The notes beneath the pieces were generated by a model. It saw only the letters and a program-made list of their open reading frames with translations, was not told the origin of the DNA and made no database searches. The position numbers and the translations under genes were made by a program. From NCBI GenBank assembly GCA_903813345.2, contig CAIIXF020000001.1, forward strand, positions 5,828,001-5,892,000: a DNA stretch of 64,000 nt. Direction: 5' to 3'. The DNA is from Owenia fusiformis. Lineage: Eukaryota. Positions 48,000-63,239 of the stretch are shown here, one piece after another (positions within the stretch are counted from its first letter, which is position 1; each line of letters opens with the position of its first letter).

Positions 48000-50120
48000 T
48001 CAATTGAAATGTTCGTAATAACAAACCAAGTGTCCTAAGAGGCATGCTGGTGTTTAATAACACAGATGCGAGTAGGTAGTTACCAGATTCACCACCAGGT
48101 GGCTCGTTCGGGTCAGATAGTATGGCGGGTATAGTAGAAAGTTCCCTTTAACTTAAATTACATCTATTTGCGTGGTTCAATTTTCACACAACCCTTATGT
48201 ATCTAATAGTTATTCAAATTAAAATATGTCCAGTAAAAGAAAATGTTATCTGTCCAATACAAGAAAAGATAATTCACTTTTTGTGGTTTTGTAACAATCA
48301 ACCCGAACAAGAAGTCACATTTTCAAAAAAAATTAAATTTTCAAAGTTGATAGACAATTTTCGAAACCATATTTCTAGATGTACTTTTACATGCAGATTT
48401 CAAATATGACATCACTTTGACTGAATTTTGAATATTTAATGACGTAGATTATTTCTACTCGCATCTAGTCTATTTAGATGTTTGACATCGATGGTTATGT
48501 AAGCATTTTGTCTTTATATAATCACTGAAAATTATGTGAAGATAATGCCAACTTTCTTTTTTACATCATATTTTTCATTTATTTTTCGTTTAAAAAGGAG
48601 AATACACTTCAATAATACAAACAATATGTTTCTATTACTCCCCAAGAGTCAAGACCAATTGTGTTTCTCTACTTAGTTCATGGGGGTGGGAGGGTGGCTA
48701 ATGTATGTGAAAATGTATGTTTTTCTGAATGCCTCTCTGACCCGTTACACCCGAGGAACCATTCCTGTGATAGAAGGTTACATGAAAGAGACGTTTAAAG
48801 ATGATTTATGAGAAAATAGGCGTGGTAATAGAGGTCAAAGGTCAATTTTGCCTTAAATGAATTATCCTTCAGCCTTATATGTAATCGTACATTTATCCAA
48901 AGGTTTGAACATATCATCGGAAAAGGAAACATGTAAGGAATAAGGATCTAAGATTATGGAGCGCTGGTGATTACAGTGTTGTTTAATTAACCCTTTCATC
49001 TCCAAGGGGTCATTTTTGAGAAAAATTAAAGACATACTTTCGAAAGGTCTAAAAATAAACAAAAATTCATTTTTTCTTCGAAGCCCCGTTCAAAAGACAT
49101 GGGATATATCTAGAATATATGCCTTTTTGATAGTTATTAACATTTCTTATAGTTCTTCCGATTATATGTACTTTGGTTAAAAATGAAAAACGTTGATTTT
49201 CAGGGAAAATGTATGCCATTTTTAAAGAGTTGGCTATCTCTTTTACCACGCCTATTTTCTCAAAAGCATCTGTCAACTTCACTTTCATGTAATAATCCTA
49301 ATATCCTTATTGTAAAGACAATTTAATTCTGGATTTACCTGAGAAATTTCAGCTTTATATCATGTAATTTTCAGATTTACAGCTGATTCTTAGTAGTTTG
49401 TATGGCCACCAGTTGCTGCTTGAACTGCAGCTTATCTGGTTGGATATGATTTTAATAAAAATTCAGAAAAAGGAGTAGCATTGCATAATCCTCTTAGCAC
49501 TTTCCTCACATTCTTCAGAATTACATCCTTACTACATCTTTTTTCAAGAGGCTCTTTGTCCATCGATTTTTTAACCCTGTTTTTAGAACTAATATTTTCA
49601 GTGCAGTTGAAATCTGGGCTAATTCTTTCATATTCCACTTTCTGAAGATTTGACCTTTAACCAGTAACAGAACAGCAAACAAAGGACCGGAATAGCAAAC
49701 TTTGAAACAATGTAGCTTTTTTAATATAAAGTTTTATTAAATGAAATTTGATGAGTAACTCCAAAATTAAATTATCTTTCAAATGAGGTGTGACAGGATA
49801 TGTAACATTATAAGGACTTTTTGCTGTAGAGGGGATGCCGTTGTTTTTTGACTACCTGTACTATTGAAGTACATTCACCTTTTAAACGAAAAATGAATGA
49901 AAAATATGATGAGGAAAGTTGACATTATTTTCACATATTTTTTGTGATAACTTCAAAGACAAAATGCTAATCTCAATTATACACTAGCATGTTTCTTGGG
50001 ACACTCAATTTGTTATTAAGAATTAAATTGAAAATATAAAGTCATTGATAGAAAAATGATTTGAAAAATTATGATATACTAGTATTTCTTATTTTTACCC
50101 CTTGGTGATGAAATGGTTAA
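48000..50120. repeat. Nested inverted copies of dispersed repeats
   Basis: ~48530-48615 vs ~49862-49945, ~48781-48835 vs ~49238-49292, ~48000-48058 vs ~49976-50030; the GTAGTTACCAG.TTCACCACCAGGTGGCT motif is shared by ~41254 and ~48076. Confidence 0.6.
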
Positions 50121-51021
50121 TTTTTCAACTTTGTAACCAGCAAATATCCAAAATCAGGCCAGATCTCTTAAGCTGACACTTTCACATTTCGAATGGTGTA
50201 TTGGAAGTTGGAACTTTGGGGCAAATAGCGGCATTTATTTTTCATTAAGGAGAGCATTTTAAGACTACTTTGCACTCTTGCACTGAAATACTATGACCCA
50301 AGTAACACACAGAAGACTTAGAATTAGTATGTTTCATTTATAATTATATTACAATTAATAAATTTATTTCTATATAAAACAAGTAAAATAAATATGGAAT
50401 TGATGATAACTTTCTATACGTGAATCTTAGAGATCTTAAAACAAATATTTGTACACAAATTGTTTACAAGCGTATGGAAACGTCAGCCCAAAATAACACA
50501 ATACATGTTATTGTAGGTACGGCGACGTTAATTTGATATCCACTCATACATGTTGCTAGGACCTGGTCTATAAAATTCCAGCCAATCAGAAAACAGTTTT
50601 TCAGATAATCTGCGTTCTTGAAATTGCAACTAAGCATTGGTATTTTTAGATTCTAGAACTTTTTTAATTCTATTTTTAGATTTCATTTTAGCAATTTCAA
50701 GTTGGCTGCCCTATTCACTCCCCCTTCTATAATGTTGAACCAACTAGGCAATGAAATAATATTAGATCCAGAGGGGGAATGAATACATTCGTAACAGCCA
50801 TGCAGAAACTGGATGAATGTCAAAATAGTCTGCCTGCCTGTAGTACATTATGTTTTATAAAACTGGTTTGCCATGTGTGAAACCAATTGTTCGATCCTTC
50901 CTTAAATCTTGACTTCGATCTTGATTTAAGAAAGGAACAATCCACTTGTATATTTTACAAACAAAGCATCAACTTCAGTGCTTAAAACTGCAAGTAACTA
51001 CCGAACAGCCCGTTTGTCATA

Positions 51022-51590
51022 CAGGGTGGTCAGAAAACGGAAACCCTGTCTCATTTTCCTTATATCTTAGTCATTTTTAGAAATTATTCTCTGATATTTG
51101 ACACATTTGTATTCATTCAATTTCCTACCAGCAAACCATATTTGACGACCATCAGACTGATAGTCACAATGTTACAGCAATTTGAACAACATGCCATCAT
51201 GTGTGGCCATCATGCACAACTTGTCAGTGATCTGACTGCATTCTTCAGCAGGTATGAGGTGAATGACACGGATGATCTTCTTTTTTTAAATCTGCAATTA
51301 TATTGGGGTTATTCTTAAACAATATCTTTGTCCCCACAGGTAGAAGTCAGGTAGGGACATTTTGGACGACATGTGCATGGTTGCCTAAAATGCATTAGTG
51401 GCCATGTTGTTTAAAGTGATGACATAATATTGCTGACATAACATTGCTGACATTACATTGCATACATAACATCTCTCTGATGGTCATGAGACATAGTAGG
51501 CTGGTAAAAAATTGAATGATGAACCAAATATCAGGGAGTGATTTTCTTAAAATAAAGATTTGAGAAAAATAGCGTCAGGGTTTGTATACG
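51022..51590. mobile_element. Decayed Tc1/mariner element
   Basis: TA-CAGGGTGG left TIR; minus-strand remnant reading PDFYLWG at ~51330-51357. Confidence 0.55.
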
Positions 51591-52729
51591 TAAATATACC
51601 AGTACATATTGTCCAGTTTGTACTAAATCGTCTTATTAACTGTTACATGTTGTTTTCCTTTTAGCTTCATAAACTAAGTTTTTAAACATTACAGTTCAAT
51701 AGAGGTTCGATATGTTCCTATACACATCCCACTCTTTAAAACTTTTACGTTTCTTATTATATCCATGACAAAGTATTCATAGAATTACAAACTGCACTCC
51801 TTTACATATTATTCAACATTGCAATCCTTGAATAGGTTCATAAAATCAAACAACTTTTTACAATAAGACAGGCTCATGTACATACATATTGTTGATTTTC
51901 TCTTTTTTAATTACACTTCAATGGAGTTTCGATATGTTCCTGAAATTACACATTGTACTCTTTAAAACTCCTTGGCATATCGTAGGTTTATATAGCTAAA
52001 TATTGCAAACTTTTCACGTGGATATGTCTACACAAGTACCCCTTCAAAATTTATTACCTTGTTTACAATTTCTGATCAGTAATATCACATTGCAGTAATT
52101 TTTAAATTGCACATTTTGTTAATATATTTTTTAATTGGAATATCAGTATACGTATTCGTACATGTGACTAGACTAGAGAACTTGCAAATTCATATCAAAA
52201 CAAATACTGTAGCTTGTGTATTACGTACAACTGCTCGTATAATGACAAAGCATATAAATAAGGCGCTCAATAATATACACATCTTTGTGACATAAATTAA
52301 AATACAAATAACAATGCTTTTTATAAATTATGATATATCGTGAACTATGCAGGTACATAATTTTATTCATCAAAAGCTACTCAATATAGCAATAGATATA
52401 TCTTTAGATGTAACATATTGAATGGTTCTGTAATATGGCTGCATAGTACAGTTGTTTTGAAGTAACAGGCTTGCATCCACTAACCATGGACAAGAACTAC
52501 CTCTATCCAACAGAACTATGCAATGCAACTATTTTTCTAAATACTGGATTTTGAATTGAATAGTTGAATGGTCTACAAAAATCATAAACTCATTCTGAAG
52601 ATGCATACATACCCATTTATATGATACCCACTTTAAGTATTAAATAAATTTGGCCAACCAAGTGCAATAAAACATAACATATGTAGAGTAAAAGATGGAT
52701 GCAATGAAGAATGAATATCAAAAAGTGAT

Positions 52730-53010
52730 ATTTGAATCAAATCTAATATCGGATATTTGAATCATATGCAATTTTGGAAATTAGAGCCCTATGTAATATT
52801 GCACAATATATTTGAGCCTTTTGTAATATTTGATATTTGAATCACATGTTATATTGCATGATTGATATATAATATTGGATATTCCAACAATATATTATAA
52901 TGGATATTTGAATCAGAATGCATATGTGAACCATATGTAATATTGGATATTTGAATCATATGAAGTATTGTGTAATGTCGGATAATTGAACCAGATGCAA
53001 TATTGGATAT
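52730..53010. repeat. Degenerate ~25-bp tandem repeat
   Basis: Recurring GATATTTGAATCA.ATG.AATATT. Confidence 0.7.
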
Positions 53011-56000
53011 ATTTCATATATCTTGGGTTCTATATATATTATATAATATATAGGACCCAAAACAATGGAATCATGTGCAAAATCAACTTAACATGGTGGA
53101 GCTGCCCGTAAAAGTAAAATATTTTCAATTTGAAATATAAACCAAGCCTTTTGTCTAAAATAGCAACAGATAATACAATTACAATGCTACATTATTCACC
53201 ATCGAGCTCATGATTTTGTAACTATTGATGCAATAGTTAACATATGATATCTATAAGTGCAATGCAGTATATACAATGTGATTTGGAAAGTAAATACTAA
53301 TCACCATAACTGCCTATGATTTAACACTCTTTATGAATCATGTCATTTAAATCAAATCCTGTATAACATATAACTTATTTGAAAAAACATATTATTAAAG
53401 TACATGTATATAAGATCAGTAAAGATTTAAACCTCTAACAAAATGGTTTTCAAAATGCCATGACGTCGTCATCTTGGATTTCCAAGGTATGATGTGTTCA
53501 TATTGATTAAAAATCAAACTGGGAAACGAGTATGTGACGTCATAGGTGTACTGCTATTCACGCCAGAGGAGGAAATCCACCTGGTATTTACAAAAGATTT
53601 GTTTATACTAAGTTCTTGATTTCACACAATGCAAACATTTTAACTTTAAGCTATTTAAATAAACATTTCAAATAAGATAACAGTATGAATAAATAACAAC
53701 TTTATAATTTAGGTACTATGTATGCTATAATTATAAAATAAACGATGTCGATGACAGCCTAATTTTTGCCTGGAACATTTACGTTTACGAGAAAATATAG
53801 TAACAATGTGTGCCTATTATTTAAAGAATGACACCAACAGCTGTTATTTATGAGACAATTGTTTCTCATCCTATGCAGCAGTGAAAAGTTAGTAGAATGT
53901 ATATATGAATAAACACGGATAATGTGGCCATCTTTCGAGCACGTTCATAGACTTCAACTTGCACTAAATGTAGGCCTGTACTATTTTCTGTGTTTATCAT
54001 GATACAATTCAAACTTATATGATTTGTTTAAAATTGAAATTATGTTCATTTAGTGCACCGATGAAACATTAACAATGATGCAGGTTTAAGACAGTTGTGG
54101 CAGATTACAATAGAAGACAATGTCTTATCGAGACAACAAAGCAATGCCGACTCCCGAGACATGTACTTACAACTCATCGATATTAGGTCAATGCCAATAG
54201 CATGTGTAAATAGGGATGTTAAGTTAAAACGTAGACGTGTAATATTATGACCCTGAGGTGACCTAATTACGACATTTGTTTATATATCCTCATATTCCAT
54301 CGGGTAATTAAAGGCCACTTGGGAGAAAACCATAGTCCAAGTTGACCATTATCTTACACGTTTCACGTTCACGTTTTTCACAAAGTTACTAACTTAGCCT
54401 CCCTAATATGTTTACAGGTCTGGTTAGCAAAACATGTTTTTTTCTAGTTCATTATTTGTAACTTAATACTAAATCTAGTATTTCCTAAGTTTGATGTCAT
54501 CATCATCTACCTGCATGTGTTTCGACTAGATTTCTTATAATTATAACACAAAAGGCGTATTTCATATAATCACTCATAATCAAACTCCAGTTACAAAGAT
54601 GCTCACATATTTCTACATTCATCTTAAAATGACAAATTACATACCGATATATAATACAGTATATCTTGGTACACTTACTCGAATTTTCATAGAAAATCGT
54701 GACCTCTGCCGTAGAAACAACATCGATATTAGTTTTTTATTCACTAATAAATCGTATATAAAACTAATAGTTATAATCAATAAATCTACCATCGATCCCT
54801 ATCAGGAAAAAACAGTTCCTAATCAGTTTTCCTAAAATGATGTTGAAATAAACAAGAGTATTTAATCACTGACAGATAACTACTTCAAAAAAGAACATCG
54901 AGTGGGGGAGGGGGATTAAAAACGTTTCAGGATGTTGTTTGTTAATTTTCTTCACTAATACTGATCACAAATCATAGAGTTAAATGATAGAATAGCGTCT
55001 CAACTGCTAATTTACAATTCTAGTTGAGAAGTTCTAACAATGCCTCGAAATTATAGATAATTCTTGGATTATCAACGACATTTTCACTCTAAAACGCCAA
55101 TAATACATTACAAGAATTATATTAGAAATCTCTAAATATGTTTTGATATTTGTGACTTATTTTAACTTTAATATATCTATCCGCATGACATTTTTTCTGA
55201 TTTAGAAAAACGGAAAAATAGGAAATAGACTTTCCCATATTTTTCCATGTAAACATAGAAAATTATATTTTCAACTTCCAGTTTTCCTACATCAAAATAT
55301 TTTCTATGCAGAAAAATATATAAAAAGGGTTACAAATATGGATATGGATTTCTACCATAACAATCTTCCAAAGGTGCTTTAGAGAAACAATGTAAGAGAA
55401 ACTTCCAAAATGGCCGCCAGAGAGCAAGATGGCCATCGATTAGTCCGATCTAGAACTCCTTACCATATAATAACGTGTGTACAAATTTGAAGTAATTCCG
55501 TTGTTTCCCTGAAATCGCGATGACAAGATTTATCTAAAAACTTCCAAAATGGCCACCAGAAAAGAAGATGGCCGCCGAAAAGTTAATCAGCTCTAGAACT
55601 TTTTACCGTCTATTAACATGTGTAAAAATTTGATGTCAGTTTTAAGGTACGATAAAAATCACAAAGTTTGGTTGCTAACCCGAGGATTATCTATAACTAC
55701 CGGACATTGTATTCTTAAAGAATATTGTATATTAGCAGCTGAGGCAATCAGTATAATCTTTTACTAAGCGATGCAGCATCTTAAAGTTTTTCACAAAAAT
55801 CTCAGAGGCTCTTTGCCTTACTGATATCAAAGATTCGTGATATTTAAGGAAGATGTGCAATTCAAAATAGATCTAACAGAACAATGATCCAATGGTTTAA
55901 TTTGAGTATTTGTAAACATTATGCGGCGTCATGAATGTATACATGGCTGAGGCTGTTCTCCAACAGGGACCTTACCAGCTCTGCGTAGTGCCATGTTCTA

Positions 56001-59000
56001 CAATAGCCATTATATTATGAGAATCCCTCAATAACTGTACTTATGCTTTGATTTATTGTTTATTCGCCAGGTAGTAATTTTCCTCTACATCAGAAATAAA
56101 ATGAATCGAGCATAGAAGTTATGCAAATATTAACGACATACGTATTCATTCAAAGGAATGTTTCATAAAGAATTCTGCCAATACATAAAAACGGTTCTAA
56201 TTTATCATTATAACATAAAGCTTGGACTGAGCAAATTACCTTATATGAAACCAAATCGTAAAAATGGTTTTCATTGATACAAGTAAAGTCAAACATTTTC
56301 AATAAACGATCAGACTATTCTTTCGAGACCAGAGGGAACACGACGAATTGAAAAAGTCATGTCCGAATATAACACCCATGATCGAAATACAAATTAAAAA
56401 GGGCCGATCATTCACGATTCTAAGAATAGCATTCAAATGTAATCAAAGCAGTGTAGTATGTGCTCTGATATTAAGATATACAACCCGTGGACTTCTCTTG
56501 TGTTTTTGTTTCAACAATACTGACCGTAAATATCAAAGACAACATAAGCAAACTGGTATACTTAAAGTTTGAGGCGTTTAGCTTTTTCGTCGTTTTCTTT
56601 GGACTAGAGTAAAGATCACAACTGAACGGTATTTTAATTGATCGCACACATCCACCTGAGGCTAATAACACGAGATATGTCCTCAAAACACAGAATTAAC
56701 GAGCTAGATGCTTAGAATAATATAAAGTCATCAAAAAGGGAATTGTTATTTCAATCGATCTGGCAATTAAATAATGCTGAATCAGCAAAGGCTGTAATTA
56801 CGATTAATTGACGGACCATATTTCAATTATAATTCAAACTAGGGGAGCACAAGTATTGGAGTATGGTATTTTAAAGTGGGGATTCACACACAGTCCTCTC
56901 TGAGGGATATTTAGTGATTGTGCTATTAGGCTAATGCATCTATTGATACGCTTATTGATTTCTCTGACAAGATTGTAGAGTTTCTATGCAAAATCGAAGC
57001 CTCTCTAAAGGTAAATGTTGTATTGACTGAGGTATCCTGGTAAGTAATACTAATGTAGTCCTATAGAATATACCCCTGCAGAAAGTGAACTGTTAACGTA
57101 GCATCATGCAAAATATACAATTGAGTCTGCAAACAGATACCTCCATTTTATAAAATCTATCACTCCTATATTCCATTCCTTATATTACTTATGCCGATGC
57201 CATAAATAAACCTCAGAGAGTCATTCGTATAATGCCTCGGATTACCGTGATCTATTTGAACTCGTTATTTTCTAAAGATCTACCGTGGACTGGTGAATGT
57301 ACAACGGAAATGACTGCAAAGAGTCCTTTGCCAGACGCCTTGTCTAAAGCTTAGATTAGATGCATATCGGTAGCATCTTTAATAAAGATATCTGTGACGT
57401 ACGCCATATTTGCATTCAATCTGGATGAGCAAAAACAGTCTTGATGAAATGAATAGGTTTGCGATTGCATTGAGAATTTCTTGAAACAAAAACATTAACA
57501 TCTGGTCCATACAACCCTAACGTTTAATCGTTCTGGTAGGAAGTGGTCGTAAAATTATTCACGGGGAGTAATTTGGACAAAGCAGACTTTTCAATTATAT
57601 TTAGATAACAAGTTCTTAGGCAAATGATCATGGATTTATCTAAAAGGTATCATTGAATAGAATTGATGACAATTGAATGACCATTAGATACTTCACATAG
57701 ATCATTGCAAGACTGGTAGAATGTCTCTCTCCTCAACAAGTTTCATTCCTTTACATATACTGTATTCCCACTATCGTATCGACTGCGAGCGGAAGATGCT
57801 GTGCCATTCCAACACAATAGCACCAGGGGCGGTTAGTTACGAACAACAGAATCTATGGTAGCTGAGTGTCCTATGACACTTTATTGACTAACAGAACATG
57901 ACGAAGTAAAAGACCTACTAGCAGAGGCATTTAGTGATTCTGAAATCAATAACACAGAGGACAAATTAAATAGATAAGCTATCGTAAGTATCATCTTATT
58001 GACCCTGTTCAAATGACACCAAGTTCGCTGTTCCCCCGAAAAGTAAGCCCCATCGATGTTCAAGTCACGTGACATCATGCGAATTGAATCTTCCAAAATG
58101 CTCAGGTTAAACCAAACACATATTGAATAAAACAATCCGTAAGTGATTCACATTATCGCCTTTGAAGTGGAAGTCTGAAAATGTGAACTCTATCCGAAAT
58201 CATTGTGGGAAGCAAGATACTTATTTTTAGATTAGTTTAAAGCGTTATTGTCCAAATAGTATCATAGCTATGTTAGAACATCAATGTTTTGCAATTATTT
58301 GGTGATTATCTGATGGTACGTTAGCTTTGTGTATTGATTCACATACCCCTCTGTTTTTTAATCTCTGATTCTGACCTGTCAGCCATCAATATACGAGTTA
58401 TTAATGACTACGATTAACAATTAGATTCGAATAGTAAGACAGTAGATTACCAATACATATATGCAGATTGAATCCAATCGTGAATTCGGACCAAGCATAA
58501 TTTAGATTGCCTAAATCAAAAAATGAGAAGGAAAAATGTCATTTCAAATTTCTAGGCACTTTGTTCAAAGATGAGTGATTTTATGAAACATTGCCGTCTT
58601 ACATATTAAATATTATAAACTAAACCACCTGACTTCATATTATGCATCATTTTTGTGATGCTCCATGTGCTGTATGCTGTAATTCGTGCAACAAAGGTAA
58701 AAGGAACCATCTTTCAATTCCGTGTTGTTCGCCACACCAAAAGCAGCCACATTTTCTAATTCCCAAATCCATTCAGATATATTCTTATCCGTATTTCATT
58801 CGTATTCCATCGTCGGGCAGAGCAATTGACACTTGTAGTATATTTGCTGGTTTAATCATTTTGACCTTCTGGCAAATAGAGTACTACTTTCTACCCGAAA
58901 CAAGGGTTGTTTACAAGATCTTATGAATGAAAGATCTAGATGATTTCGATCACTCAACGTAACACAAAGCAAAGATATGTTTCATATACATGTGTTGGTC

Positions 59001-60500
59001 CAAATATTATTCCTAATGGAGGTACATTTAATGAAAATGAACATTTATATATAAATTCCAAAAATTATGTTATTTGGAGTGAATATATGTTTCTGTTTTC
59101 TTATGATTCATAATATAATACTTCGTATCATATAGGACTTTGTCAAAAGAATTCATTTGAGATAAGGCATCTTCATACCTTGGGCCACTTCAAAGCTTTC
59201 TAGTAGGCTCTTACCTATTGCAATATTCAACAAGGTTGTCTGGGAGGTATAACTCGTAAGTTTATCCGTCTCTTTATAATGATTGATCCTTTATAATATT
59301 TCATTATTCGATCAGAATATTATTGTATATTAGCTTAATACAATAAGTGAATCGCATGATGCTTGGTATCCATTGTTTATAAAGAAATATTGGCAATAGT
59401 TGGTAGACGCTGAACAGGCTGTACGTCTTGCTGATAATGCAAATAAGCAAATGTTGACGTCGTTCTTGAACTCTTAAGAATAATCGGTTGCAATTTACAG
59501 TACAATATGAACGGATAAACTTAACATTACACATTTTCCAGATTAAATTTTTCAACATACACCTGTACCAATCCGGAGAGGACACGTCCAATCCTTTCTA
59601 AAATTAAACTCATCTATAAATGGAAAGGGAATACACTTGGATGAGTCAAACGTAACACATCCGAGCTTGTACATGTGTTCAATATTCAGTATTCACACAT
59701 AGCTGCGCAAGACATGATATATCAAATTCCAGCCAATTAGAACACAGTATTTAAAATAATTTGCATTCTATATTTTACAGCAGAATGAATGGCTATTTTT
59801 CGATTGTGGGAAATTAATCGTCAATTTCATGGACAGTTGAGTGAAAAACTATAAAGAACTTTGCAAAACCCTTGGAAAAAGTTTCCTTGCAAATCTTTTC
59901 ATTCTGTTTTAGTGATACTGTACAAAATCTTTTGCAACGTGTGAACAGAATAGAATAACACGACTCAATGCATTGTGGAGGATTTAATGCACTCCTGACT
60001 TGAATACTAGCCGTTGTATTCGAGCATTCTTGATTTAAACCATCCACAATTCATTGAGCATTGGACTTAAATCCTTTAACTATATATACGTATATATACA
60101 GATAAATTGTGATATTTACAATTCGACGCAAGCAAGCAAAAAAGCACCGATATGATTTGTATTTACAATATGCATCTGAAAATGGTTATATACATTCTTA
60201 TATTATCTACCAGTAATATATGGCAGGGTATTTATGACAGAGGTATTTCTATATATTAAGTATATATAGTATCAATATCTGTTTGTTGATCTGACGATAC
60301 TGCAACTTTCTATAAAGGCTGTAAATGACTTTGGAACAGATACTATCGAATAGACCAACATCAAAATCAATTAATACGCGCATTACCATTAAGCATTAAG
60401 TTCCTATTCCAGAAGTTTTCAATCACGGACAGTTTATCAACTTAATTATATCATAAATAAGTCAGTGGGGTTTATTTTAGTGATAATTATGCCATGCATA

Positions 60501-61000
60501 NNNNNNNNNNNNNNNNNNNNNNNNNNNNNNNNNNNNNNNNNNNNNNNNNNNNNNNNNNNNNNNNNNNNNNNNNNNNNNNNNNNNNNNNNNNNNNNNNNNN
60601 NNNNNNNNNNNNNNNNNNNNNNNNNNNNNNNNNNNNNNNNNNNNNNNNNNNNNNNNNNNNNNNNNNNNNNNNNNNNNNNNNNNNNNNNNNNNNNNNNNNN
60701 NNNNNNNNNNNNNNNNNNNNNNNNNNNNNNNNNNNNNNNNNNNNNNNNNNNNNNNNNNNNNNNNNNNNNNNNNNNNNNNNNNNNNNNNNNNNNNNNNNNN
60801 NNNNNNNNNNNNNNNNNNNNNNNNNNNNNNNNNNNNNNNNNNNNNNNNNNNNNNNNNNNNNNNNNNNNNNNNNNNNNNNNNNNNNNNNNNNNNNNNNNNN
60901 NNNNNNNNNNNNNNNNNNNNNNNNNNNNNNNNNNNNNNNNNNNNNNNNNNNNNNNNNNNNNNNNNNNNNNNNNNNNNNNNNNNNNNNNNNNNNNNNNNNN
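60501..61000. other. Assembly gap (500 N)
   Basis: Run of N; contiguity across it is unverified. Confidence 1.
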
Positions 61001-62830
61001 TGTTCATACTGGAGATATAACGTAATGTCTCTTCATACAATATATTGATTCTGAAACATTGGTGAATAAAAATATAAAATATTGGTTTAGGCACATGAGA
61101 AATGAGCCTAGTTTCGGATCATACATACTGGAGAAAGTATATACACAGGAGTGTGACTCAGAAAATGTGACTAAAACAGTTAAAAGTTGAACTTTTGGAA
61201 AGGTCACCAAACAGAATATATTGCATTTTTCAGAAAGTGTGCCAAATATATTATTTGAAATGATAGGAGCTTTGAAAATTTGAATTCATTCCTAGAAATA
61301 GAAAAAGATGAGAAAACTGATTTAGAAAGCAATCCATTTTCTTTTTGTGATCACATTTTTTGTTTCATCAACTTTTCAAAATTTCGAAGCTCGTATGAAG
61401 CAATATATATGGCACATATTTTGAAAAATTCAGACCATTCTGTATGGCGACATTTTTAAAGGTCACAACTTCAGTCACAACAAAGTCTCACATGATGTTT
61501 AGAGTCATTCTGAGCATGTTCATTGTGATCCTGGTCATGTAAATGAGTAGTAGTAAAACTGATTGATGGGCAAGACAGAACTCTATTCAGTTTAAAAAAA
61601 ATCGAATATCCACGTGTTTTTTCATTTCCTGTTTTGTGTAAATTTCTGATAACTACTTCCTTAACCCACACTGGAGAAAGTACAAACTGTTAGTTTATAC
61701 ACCCTGAAGAATGGAGAAAATATGACGTTTGAGATGTTTAAGATGTTTGATTTATACTGAACAATCTTACAAACAAGAGAGACCATGAGCATATTGATTA
61801 ATCCAATCTGAGTAATATGATGAATAGTTGGTTCTTCAAAATAAGAGGTTTACTTAGATTTTGAATATCAATATAGATTTGTATCAAGTGTAATAAAGAA
61901 TCTGATCTTCGTAACTTACTTAACTTTAAGCATACGGATTAATATTCAATGGATTTACATTTAATGCAGAGTTCCTGTGACAGTGGCATTTATTTTTAGT
62001 GATCAAGGTACTTTGAACGCTCCCGCCAAGTTATATAGGAAGACGTCAGAGCATTTTCAAATAAAAATCAGAATTCTGATAAACATCGCATCTAAAATCA
62101 TGTCTGTGTCTATGATGCAAGAATAGAGGGTCATGGTATTCCATGATGGAGCATTTTTCACCTTCTTTGTAAAATGTGTAAACCATTCTTAGAAATTGCA
62201 ATACTGAAAATGAGCTATTGGTATGCACTGTGTACAAGTAATACCGATTGCTCCGATTTTCACTACGGCGCCCTGCCGATTGAGTATTTTGTTCAAAATT
62301 GAATACAATTTTGAACAAACGGAGCAAATGTGACGCAGGCATCAGTGTAGTATGAATTCATTTTGTCAGGATACCAGTACTAAGTTTGCAAACATGCATG
62401 TCAACTATGGCCAATCAGAAGAGTACACCCCTTCTATATGATAATATAAACCCTTCCTACACCTTGGTTTAGCTTTGGATCACTATGCTATCACTATGTG
62501 GCAGAAATGCATTCTGATTGGATATAACTGATCACATGACCTTAGTTCACCTTAGTTCAGGAGATGGCATGCCAAAATGTAAAATCTCTATTGGTGGTGT
62601 CATTGTGTATAACGTGTATTGTACCGAAATTTATAACAGTGGTTAAAACATTTAGCATGTCCAAAGAACAGTAATGTTATGTATCATATTTATTATATGT
62701 TACCTGTTTATCTGTTCCTATAGCTTTCATGTCATTTTGGAAATCCAGGATATGGTGCCTCATTACTGGTAGTCCAGTCTAAACATACATGTACAGTCAG
62801 GTTAAGATTATGTGCGGGCAGTAAGCGAAA

Positions 62831-63086
62831 GTCTCAGTCACATTTGCTCAACTGCGGCCGTACGACGGCTACCCTTTGCATTCGTTTGACTTCACTTCTT
62901 AAAAGAGAGCTTCGTCTAACTAGACTCTGCACGCAGGGTATACGACGGCCGTAGTGTAGCGTCACAATGTCGATATAGAAAATCTACATCGTACTGCTTA
63001 TCCCTATATTTGATGCTACATATTTCTCCCGATTTTGGGAAGCTACCGTCGCCGAACGATTGCCGGAGACCAAATGTGACTGAGGC
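62831..63086. mobile_element. MITE (Harbinger-like TIR)
   Basis: GTCTCAGTCACATTTG...CAAATGTGACTGAGGC. Confidence 0.65.
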
Positions 63087-63239
63087 ATTAGGTGGCTTTA
63101 GTAAATATACAATTTGAATATTGAATGTTTTTAACGTTGAAGAAAAGAATACATATAACCAGTTATATGTGAGTCACAATAGCTAGCTTCGTGTACAAGT
63201 GCTGACTCATAAATAGTTAAAAAAAATGACGTACAATTA

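Noticed and set aside
60465..61094. ORFs of 184-205 aa
   Set aside because: Artefacts of translating through the N gap
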